From the sequence record NC_003214.2: a DNA stretch of 40,900 bases, one strand, 5' to 3'. Positions within the stretch are counted from its first letter, which is position 1, and every line of letters starts with the position of its first letter. The notes under the pieces are model-generated. The model was not told the DNA's origin and searched no databases. It saw only the letters and a program-made list of their open reading frames with translations. Shown here piece after piece: positions 1-6,996 of the stretch. Made by a program: the position numbers and the translations under genes.

Positions 1-544
1 CGAGAGAGAAATTTTATAAGACGTATTAGACACGGATACGTCGTATAACGTATTAGACACGGATACGTCGTATAACGTATTAGACACGGATACGTCGTAT
101 AACGTATTAGACACGGATACGTCGTATAACGTATTAGACACGGATACGTCGTATAACGTATTAGACACGGATACGTCGTATAACGTATTAGACACGGATA
201 CGTCGTACTAAGTACTTAATACGGGTATTTCGTACTATATACGGACATTTCTTACTTCTTACTTCACTCATTCACTCTCTTTTATTATATAGATATATTC
301 AACCCCCCCTATATTCGTTCTTCTTTGAATTTTTCTCGTACCACTTACTTCATATTTGTTACTTATTTTCCCTTACTTCACTCATTCGTTCCCCGTTCGT
401 CCTTTCTTCACACCTCTTTCTCAACTCGTACTATTTCTCCCTTAATTCGTCCTTACTAATTATGCCACACTGGATACTACACTCATTCTTTTTCGGTTTT
501 TCTTAGCTTCACTACACATTTGACTTACTTCACTCATTCGTTCT
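1..544. repeat. Left inverted terminal repeat (ITR)
   Basis: Reverse complement of 40357-40899 by direct comparison; only differences seen are a substitution at 496 and an extra G at 506; similarity breaks after 544. Confidence 0.97.
21..207 (+). repeat. Seven tandem 27-bp terminal repeats (acgtattagacacggatacgtcgtata; last copy 25 bp)
   Basis: Units start at 21,48,75,102,129,156,183; head-to-tail with no spacers. Confidence 0.98.
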
Positions 545-621
545 AGTTTCTTCACTCATTCGTTCTCTTTTCTTATTCTTCATACTTTACTTGTCTATTC
601 TTCATACTTCACTCATTTGTT
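259..621 (+). repeat. Dispersed subterminal motif (tta)cttcactcattc(gttc)
   Basis: Copies at ~259, 373, 525, 550 and 605 (variant) in a strongly pyrimidine-rich tract. Confidence 0.9.
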
Positions 622-636
622 TATTTCGAAAAAATA

Positions 637-882
637 TTATACACCAAAAAATGATTTCTTTTCTCCATTTTTGATTAACTCGTATTTTTTTCGCAAAAAT
701 TGTGATGGTGTAAGTATTAGCACAGTACCTTTTTCTGTGACTATTTGAAACCTTGGCATCGATGTTATTTGTACTATTTCGATTGCCAATATCCTTTCCT
801 TTTTCCCGTTTATTATTATGTATTTCTCATCTGCTTCTTTTAATTCTCTTGCTATGTTTTTTGCTAGGTCTATTAATTTCAT
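637..882 (-). CDS. Hypothetical protein (81 aa), paralog of the domains in 886-1305
   Basis: ORF with GGTGA SD (883-889); VTEKGTVLILTPSQF resembles ETDKGHIYILTPSSL in the neighbour. Confidence 0.85.
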   Translation of the reverse strand: MKLIDLAKNIARELKEADEKYIIINGKKERILAIEIVQITSMPRFQIVTEKGTVLILTPSQFLRKKYELIKNGEKKSFFGV

Positions 883-885
883 GGT

Positions 886-1305
886 TCACCACGTGTAAAT
901 GGGATATTCAAATAACGAACTAGGTGTTAGTATGTATATATGACCTTTGTCTGTTTCAAGTATTAAATTATTATTTACTAGTTCTACTCTTGTTACTTTT
1001 TCCTCTCTATAGATGATTTCCTTTTTCGTCGATAATAACTTGTATATTTCACTACTTCCTGCAACTGGGTTTGGTTCTGGGTATCTAGGTTTTATTATAA
1101 ACTCTCTTCTTTGAAAGTTCTTTGGTGCTTCAATTATTTCCATGCCGTCACTCGTTCTAGTTATTACTAGTCCTTTTTCTGCTTTAATTGATACAACTTC
1201 CTTTTTTCCCATTCTCGTTTTTACGTATATCTTGAATCCTCTTTTTATTAATTCATTTAAGAGAAGGGTTTCTTCATGTTCGTTCAAGTGTTTTACACCC
1301 CCCAT
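886..1305 (-). CDS. Hypothetical protein (139 aa), internally duplicated beta-rich domain
   Basis: Operon packing (3-nt gap to next ORF), virus-typical K/E/I composition. Confidence 0.85.
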   Translation of the reverse strand: MGGVKHLNEHEETLLLNELIKRGFKIYVKTRMGKKEVVSIKAEKGLVITRTSDGMEIIEAPKNFQRREFIIKPRYPEPNPVAGSSEIYKLLSTKKEIIYREEKVTRVELVNNNLILETDKGHIYILTPSSLFEYPIYTW

Positions 1306-1318
1306 TATAAAGGGGGGT
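1297..1318 (-). promoter_or_regulatory. C6/G6 stem-loop overlapping the start codon of 886-1305
   Basis: a-cccccc-attataaa-gggggg-t: 7-bp stem, 8-nt loop; includes the ATG at 1305-1303. Confidence 0.55.
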
Positions 1319-1335
1319 CAGGAATAATAAAAAAT

Positions 1336-1584
1336 TTATTTTTCTATTTTCCCTCGTAATAGGTACGTCCCTGTCCTCGTGATTATGAGTTCTTCTATGT
1401 GTATTTTTTCCCCTAATGTGTTCTCTATTTCCTGTTTTATTTCCTGTTTTAATTCCTTTATTTCTTCTATTTGTTGTAGTTTCTGTGACTTTGTTACGTT
1501 TATCTTGTTTGTTTCTAATGCTGTAAATATGTCTTCTATTTTATTCGTGTTTATCTTCCCTTCTACCTCAACTTTTATTCTCAT
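1336..1584 (-). CDS. Hypothetical protein (82 aa)
   Basis: ATG with GGTGG SD; overlaps upstream ORF end; followed by T-rich tract. Confidence 0.85.
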
Positions 1585-1852
1585 ATTCCCACCTTATTAT
1601 TATTTTCCCATCGCTTTTTATTTTCCCTTCTTTAAATTTCACTATATTTGGTACTTTTTCTTTGTACTTCTCTATTATTTCTTTTACAATTTCTCTTAAT
1701 TCATCATTTTTTGATATGTCTCTCTTCAGGATTTTGTCTTCACCGAAACTTATCTCATTTTTTCCAATTAGTTTCGCTAGTCCTACCAAAAATTTAATAT
1801 TTTTGTCATCTGCTGGCGAATCTATTGTCGTTATCACAATTTTCTTTATCAT
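1568..1852 (-). CDS. Hypothetical protein (94 aa; ATG 1852 preferred over GTG 1861)
   Basis: GGTGA SD at 1858-1862 positions ATG 1852; coupled to the nuclease stop. Confidence 0.85.
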
Positions 1853-1857
1853 ATTTA

Positions 1858-2493
1858 TCACCTTATTTTTGAAAATTTACAACTCTTGTTCAATTTGCAG
1901 AATTTACACTCTTGGAATGGTGCTATTAGTGTCTTCGTGACATATGCTATGATTTGTTTGTATATCCATTCATCGTTTATGTCATATTGTGCAAAAGTTA
2001 TTTCTCCTGTTTCCATTCTCTCCACTACCCATGTCTCTATTTTTCCTACTTTATCTCGTTTTATTAAGAACTCCTCGATTTCATTACTTCCTATATACAC
2101 AATAATACCTTGTTTTGCTTCTGTCATATGTATGTAGATTAGCACTTGATAGATGTGTTGTTCATAAGGAAACTCTGGAGGTACATGTACGCTTTTGAAC
2201 TCTATTATTGTTCCGTCTTTTGTTATTCCATCCAGTCTTCCCATTAGTGTATATTCGCCGTATTGTTTTTTCACTTCTTTTTCGAATTCTATCTCCAATT
2301 CGCTGTAATGTTTTAGTAATTTCTCTATCCCCTCGTGTATAACTGTTCCTCGTATTAGCTGGATTGGTGGTATTTCTTCTTCTGGTCTTAGTACACAGTG
2401 TAATAAGTCAGTCACATAAACGGTTTTTTCTCCCCTAGGTGGGTGTTGTTCATGCATCTTTTTGAATGCCTTTATTATTTCCTCTTTTATCAT
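1858..2493 (-). CDS. Cas4-like PD-(D/E)XK exonuclease with four Fe-S cysteines (211 aa)
   Basis: RecB-like motifs GRLDG / IIEFKS / QVLIY; Cys in LHCVLR plus ECKFC...SC; ATGA overlap with the helicase stop fixes the start at 2493. Confidence 0.88.
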
Positions 2494-4286
2494 TTGCATA
2501 ACACCTTTACCATTTTTTCTCCTATTATCTTTTTGCTTATTTCTTTTTGTGAACATAACTCTGTTTTGTTGTGTATACCATTTCTCATTAGTTCTATAGC
2601 ACGTTTCCGACCGATTCCAGGCAGTTGAACGAGAGCTAATGCTGATGCTGGTACGCCATATCTAATTTCTAAGAATAATAGTCTTAGTTTGTCAGCTAAT
2701 TCCTTTTTCCCTAACGCTTTCGTGATTCTATAAACGCCGTAGGTTTGCCATGACAAAGTCTGAACCAGTTTATTCAAGTCGTTGAGTGTCATGTTTTTTG
2801 TTGCCTTTACTATTGTTTTCTCATCAACTCCTTTTATCCATGAGTTGAAAATTATGTTGACGTTTTCGCCTTTTGATGCGTTTAGCACATTTTCGTTTTC
2901 TAGGATTGCGTTTATTATTTCCTCTTCTTTCACATTGTTTTTCGTTAAAACATCGTGGTATGTAATAGCGTCTTTAACGTCAAAGTATGACTCGGCAACG
3001 GCACGTCCGTATAATGTGACAAAATATCCTGTACCATCTTCACCAATTAGTTTTGCGTTTTTTAGTTCCTCTAACTTTTCTTTAACTAGCTCTTCACTTA
3101 TGTTTCTGAATGATATCGTGTGTTTCGTTGCTTCCATTATCCTATCAGGTTTTGCGTAGATGTACTTAGAAATTAACGCAAGGAGGAAGTCTTCAAGGAC
3201 GTGGTGTCCTGTTATTGTTCCGTAGCTCGTATTGAAATAGGTTCTTTTTAGTTTCTCGGCTTGTCTAATGTCAGTTGCTTCTATTATGCATAAACCTTCT
3301 TCGTCGTACCCAGGACGTCCAGCTCTTCCACAGATCTGATCAAACTCTATCGGCGTAATTTGTTTCCATCCTGTGAATCTTCCGTATTCTATGATCGGTA
3401 GTTTTAAGTCATCGAATACTACAGCGTAAAATGGGAAGTTAACACCCTGTGATAGTGCAGTTGTTGACACGATTATGTTATACTTACCTTGGCGTGTTTC
3501 CTCTAATAACCTTAGTTTTGTCTCTGCGTCTAGTCCTGCGTGAAAGAACGCTACTTTGTTTTGAAATTTCCTATCGTATATCATGTATAATTCTTCTGCT
3601 TTTTTTCTAGTTGATGTGAAAATCATCACTACTTTGTTCTTTCTTACCATTTTTTTGATAAAGTCCTCTTTTAGTTCTATTACGTCACCGTCTTCGAAAT
3701 ATAGCTTGTTTCCTATTTTTACTGCTTTGTACAAAGGTATCGGTCTCTCGTCTGTTTTTATTATTTCTGCGTCTATTATTTCTGCTATCTTATTAACATC
3801 TGGTATTGTTGCACTCATTGCCACTATTCTTATCCCTTCATTCATTGCGTATGCTATCAAGTTTTCAATGGCTTTTCCTCTTTCCTTATCACCGATATTA
3901 TGGATCTCATCGATAATTAGCGTTTCTATTCTATCAGTCCATGGATAATGTCTTCTAAATATAGCGTCTGCTTTCTCGTAAGTAGTAAAGATTACTCTCT
4001 CTTCCAAGTTCTCTGGATCTTCTTCATATACTTCTGATGTCAATGCCACGCTATCAGCGTATCCATTAACAAGTGGTGCCACTTTATTGTGGAAATCATC
4101 GTTTAGCTGTAGTGCTAGGGCTCGTAATGGTACCGTGTACACCACTCTACTTTTTGTCTCCATAGCCATTAGCATTGCTAGAAATGATTTACCTGTGCCC
4201 GTTGGTGCTGTGATTAACAGATTCTTGTCACTCATTAGGAATGACTGTAATGCTTTCTTTTGAAACTCATTTAGTTGTATCGACAT
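2490..4286 (-). CDS. SF2 Ski2/Hel308-like helicase with C-terminal HhH (598 aa)
   Basis: [46 protein letters not shown]; SD GGTGGTGA precedes ATG 4286. Confidence 0.95.
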
Positions 4287-4506
4287 TTTCACCACCCGTA
4301 AATTCCTGTTGTGTCATTTTTCTTATTACTGATATTTTTGATATCTTAATGTAGATTGGGTTTCCGTTAGGGTCTGTTCCTATTATATTATTGTAGTCGT
4401 CAATTTCTTGTATCTGAAGTCGATATTTTCTTCCTTGTGCTAGGACTTCTATGTAGTCTCCTACTGAGAATGAGAACTTTCCCATTCTTAACTCATGTTT
4501 TGTCAT
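4267..4506 (-). CDS. 79-aa small beta-barrel protein, possibly Sm/Lsm/Hfq-like
   Basis: Leaderless ATG 24 nt below TATA (4531-4537); pattern VLAQGRKYRLQIQEIDDYNNII...YIKISKISVI. Fold call is inference. Confidence 0.8.
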   Translation of the reverse strand: MTKHELRMGKFSFSVGDYIEVLAQGRKYRLQIQEIDDYNNIIGTDPNGNPIYIKISKISVIRKMTQQEFTGGENVDTTK

Positions 4507-4507
4507 T

Positions 4508-4545
4508 ACTTTGTACTATCACAAAGTTGGATTTAAATTTTTTTA
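4508..4545 (-). promoter_or_regulatory. TATA/BRE plus inverted-repeat operator (ACTTTGT-actatc-ACAAAGT) of the helicase/nuclease operon
   Basis: 7-bp arms at 4508-4514 and 4521-4527, lying between TATA (4531-4537) and ATG 4506. Confidence 0.7.
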
Positions 4546-4568
4546 GTACCTTTCTTCCTATTTAGTTT

Positions 4569-4778
4569 ATGGAAGTTATTTTGGAAATTCCTAACGTTCT
4601 TCATGAAGAGAAACACTGTGAAGATTTTCTTGATTGCGTTGAAATATACATGAAGTATCTGACGAAATACGGTAAACAATTAGGTATCTGTTATGGGCAA
4701 AACTCTTTAAAGAAGTTCCCTATTTCTGGAGAGTTTAGAAATGAGTGTGAAAACGGTTACGTAGAAATAGTAAAATAA
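4569..4778 (+). CDS. Hypothetical protein (69 aa, 4 Cys)
   Basis: Isolated + strand ORF filling the gap between two minus-strand genes, with T-tract boundaries. Confidence 0.7.
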   Translation: MEVILEIPNVLHEEKHCEDFLDCVEIYMKYLTKYGKQLGICYGQNSLKKFPISGEFRNECENGYVEIVK

Positions 4779-4784
4779 AAAAAA

Positions 4785-5138
4785 TTATTCAAGTAATATT
4801 TTCTTTTTTCTGCTTGTTTCTGTATTTGTTTCGAATTTCTCTACATATTTGAATAATTTCTCATATTTTTCTACTATTTTCAGCATTGCTTTGATGTCTT
4901 CTAACGCATTCGCAGGGAACGACACGCTGTTGGTTGGCTTTTGTCCATGTATTGAAATTAATACGTTAACGTTGTTCTTATCGTCTTTGTATGCTATAAA
5001 ACCTAGTGATAGTTGTTCGCCCTCGTACACGTCAAATCTGCTAAATCTTTTTTGTGATTTCGTGAATTCTTCTACCCATTTATCAATTTCGGTTTTTAGC
5101 TCATCTGTTCTGTCTTGTTTCACTTCTTGTTTTGTCAT
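4785..5138 (-). CDS. Probable ssDNA-binding protein, rudivirus gp17/ORF131-like (117 aa)
   Basis: VLISIHGQ...ALEDIKAMLKIVEKYEKLFKYVEKF resembles my recollection of the SIRV2 gp17 core (SMTIHSQ...AEDLKLIAEFLEKYSDFLNEYVKF); context next to helicase and Cas4. Confidence 0.6.
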   Translation of the reverse strand: MTKQEVKQDRTDELKTEIDKWVEEFTKSQKRFSRFDVYEGEQLSLGFIAYKDDKNNVNVLISIHGQKPTNSVSFPANALEDIKAMLKIVEKYEKLFKYVEKFETNTETSRKKKILLE

Positions 5139-5144
5139 TTATTT

Positions 5145-5711
5145 TTACCCCTTTTTCGTCTTTGACAGTGCTTCATATTGCGTCTTTAATTCTTCAAGTC
5201 GTGAAGGGTGTACTAGTGTTACCATTGGCTGGGGATAGTCTGATTGTTGTAGTGCTATACCTACTATCACTGCTCCATTCTTTAATTTCGGTACAACAGA
5301 CCTTAGCAAACTATAATAAACTCCTTGAGATGTTGAGAACAAGTACACCTCTTTTTTATGGTTATTTACCTCCTTTAGTAGATTAATTGGAATTGTTTGA
5401 TTGTTTACAATTTCTTTTATTAGTCTTTGTTCTAATTCGTTGTTATCTATTACATATCCGTCGATATAGCTTACTTGTGCTGGTTCATTACTGTTCTTTA
5501 GTATTACATCTCTTATTTCTACTTTCTTGATTATCAGCAGACGCCACAAATAGTTCTTTAGATTTTCCCTTTGAAATGGTAGTACAAACTCGTCGGATTT
5601 GGCTTCTTCAACCATCTCTATTTTTTGTGTTTCTGTGTTTGCTATTTCAACATTTTCTTCAGGTTCTTCTTGTTTTAACTCCTCTTTTATTTTATCTTTT
5701 GAACTTACCAT
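5145..5711 (-). CDS. Hypothetical protein (188 aa), acidic N-terminus, beta-rich core
   Basis: GGAGG SD; operon packing. Confidence 0.88.
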   Translation of the reverse strand: MVSSKDKIKEELKQEEPEENVEIANTETQKIEMVEEAKSDEFVLPFQRENLKNYLWRLLIIKKVEIRDVILKNSNEPAQVSYIDGYVIDNNELEQRLIKEIVNNQTIPINLLKEVNNHKKEVYLFSTSQGVYYSLLRSVVPKLKNGAVIVGIALQQSDYPQPMVTLVHPSRLEELKTQYEALSKTKKG

Positions 5712-5854
5712 TGTTTAATCGCCTCCTTGATTTCTTCAGGATATGAGTCATACAATTCGCAAAATTCTAAAAAAATTCTCTCACTTTGACTTAACGCCTC
5801 AAGGGGTAACCCTTGAGGGTTTATTATTTTTTGACATTCACCAAACGCGGGCAT
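5705..5854 (-). CDS. Small ORF (49 aa) MPAFGECQKIINPQGLPLEALSQSERIFLEFCELYDSYPEEIKEAIKQW, below the track cutoff
   Basis: Translated by hand; its stop overlaps the start of 5145-5711; lies below the promoter at 5885-5900. Confidence 0.65.
   Translation of the reverse strand: MPAFGECQKIINPQGLPLEALSQSERIFLEFCELYDSYPEEIKEAIKQW
5797..5818. other. Perfect GC-rich hairpin CCTCAAGGG-gtaa-CCCTTGAGG
   Basis: 9-bp perfect arms, 4-nt loop, followed by a T-rich tract on the + strand. Confidence 0.8.
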
Positions 5855-5884
5855 TTTTGTTCTATCATAAATTGTAGCACAATT

Positions 5885-5900
5885 GATATTTAAATTTTTC
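5885..5900 (-). promoter_or_regulatory. Early-type promoter (BRE-TATA) GAAAAATTTAAATATC
   Basis: Motif repeated upstream of nearly every gene in 5.9-9.5 kb. Confidence 0.85.
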
Positions 5901-5980
5901 TGTATGCGTTAGTTGTCTTCAGTAATGAGTTTCATGAGAAGAAAATTAAAAAAAAATACTGATAAAAAAAGGAAAGTAAA

Positions 5981-6133
5981 TTATTTTTCTCTTCTCTGTA
6001 GATATTCTTCTAGTGCTTCACGTATTACATCTTGTATTTTTTTATCATTTTGTGCACAATAAATTTTTAGTCTTGTTTTTAAGCTTTTCGGGATTGTAAT
6101 TCCAAATGATACTTTTTCTTCTTGTTCTGTCAT
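5981..6133 (-). CDS. Ribbon-helix-helix (CopG-like) regulator, 50 aa, not in the ORF track
   Basis: MTEQEEKVSFGITIPKSLKTRLKIYCAQNDKKIQDVIREALEEYLQRREK; AGGTGA SD; own promoter at 6165-6182. Confidence 0.9.
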   Translation of the reverse strand: MTEQEEKVSFGITIPKSLKTRLKIYCAQNDKKIQDVIREALEEYLQRREK

Positions 6134-6164
6134 TTTTTCACCTAAATATAATTTAGAATTAGCG

Positions 6165-6182
6165 GATATTTAAAACTTTTTC
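6165..6182 (-). promoter_or_regulatory. Early-type promoter GAAAAAGTTTTAAATATC
   Basis: Repeated motif ~32 nt upstream of ATG 6133. Confidence 0.8.
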
Positions 6183-6222
6183 TGAAAAGAAGTTTAGAAG
6201 AAAGGAGGATAAAAAAAGAGAT

Positions 6223-6561
6223 TCACTTTTTCTTTTCTCTCCATCCTTGAACTTCATAAATATATATTTTGTTGTCTTCTTTCCTATAAGTGAACTCTAG
6301 TTTGTACATGATATCATCGTCTTCATCGTATGTATATTGGTCTATTGTTATTCCATTACTAGATACACTGTTACTTGAATCATAGTTTCCGAGCAATTCC
6401 CTATATTCTTCTTCTGTCACCTTAAGTGGATCTTTGAATTTTATTTTGAACTCACTTACTTTTTCCATAAATAAGAAATCCAAGGCATCATCTAGATCAT
6501 CTGCTTCTGTCCAATCGTTTATTATATCTGATTCAATTTTTTCTAAATCTTGTTTTTCCAT
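6223..6561 (-). CDS. acrID1: DUF1374 / AcrID1-family anti-CRISPR protein (112 aa; SIFV ORF14-like)
   Basis: Very acidic; SEFKIKFKDPLKVTEEEYRELL and YKLEFTYRKEDNKIYIYEVQGWREK match the recalled AcrID1 pattern. Activity of this particular homolog is not shown. Confidence 0.75.
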   Translation of the reverse strand: MEKQDLEKIESDIINDWTEADDLDDALDFLFMEKVSEFKIKFKDPLKVTEEEYRELLGNYDSSNSVSSNGITIDQYTYDEDDDIMYKLEFTYRKEDNKIYIYEVQGWREKKK

Positions 6562-6594
6562 TTTAATTTCCCTAACATAATGTTCTTCTACTCT

Positions 6595-6612
6595 ATTATT
6601 TAAATCTTTTTC
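6595..6612 (-). promoter_or_regulatory. Early-type promoter GAAAAAGATTTAAATAAT
   Basis: Repeated motif upstream of 6561. Confidence 0.8.
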
Positions 6613-6652
6613 TTGATTTCTAGATTCTTAGATATAAGAGCAGAAGTTCATC

Positions 6653-6666
6653 GGAAAATTTAAATA
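6653..6666 (+). promoter_or_regulatory. Early-type promoter GGAAAATTTAAATA
   Basis: Repeated motif upstream of 6697. Confidence 0.8.
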
Positions 6667-6696
6667 TATGTTTTACGTATGTAGTAATGATCAAAA

Positions 6697-6996
6697 ATGG
6701 TTGATGTGGAAACAGTCGAGACAAAATATAAGATCATTTTGGATACACAAAGTAATTATGTATTAATGGAAGGGAGGCTGAAGGTAGAGGTGCGGATTAA
6801 AGGAAAACCTATAATATATGAGGTTCAGGAAGTGAGAAATATGGGGTATCTAATCGATATCACTGAACTTGATATTGCAGATACAAAACAACGTATTGAT
6901 AGTAAACTTTGTGAGAGACGTTATAAATATGTTAATAGCTTAAAAAATTTAGAAAAATTTATTAATTTTGTAGGAGCAGAAATAGAAGTTAAGTAA
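6697..6996 (+). CDS. MV(E/D)V...IEV family paralog 1 (99 aa)
   Basis: Aligns with 8273-8584 and 9149-9436; own promoter and T-tract terminator. Confidence 0.9.
   Translation: MVDVETVETKYKIILDTQSNYVLMEGRLKVEVRIKGKPIIYEVQEVRNMGYLIDITELDIADTKQRIDSKLCERRYKYVNSLKNLEKFINFVGAEIEVK

Noticed and set aside
21-207. Terminal repeats as a CRISPR array
   Set aside because: Units are contiguous with no unique spacers, lack an ATTGAAA(G/C) end, and are mirrored in the ITRs.
1858-2493. Cas4 as evidence of a cas operon
   Set aside because: No cas1/cas2 or array; solo Cas4-like nucleases are common in crenarchaeal viruses.
1142-5386. Antisense + strand ORFs (1142, 1379, 1662, 1886, 2443, 2782, 3583, 4849, 5132)
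   Set aside because: F/S/I-rich shadows of K/E-rich minus-strand genes; no SD or promoter.
5797-5832. Resemblance to the phage T7 terminator, i.e. vector contamination
   Set aside because: Only a short CTTGAGGG match; the sequence is embedded in an in-frame viral ORF with no other vector sequence.
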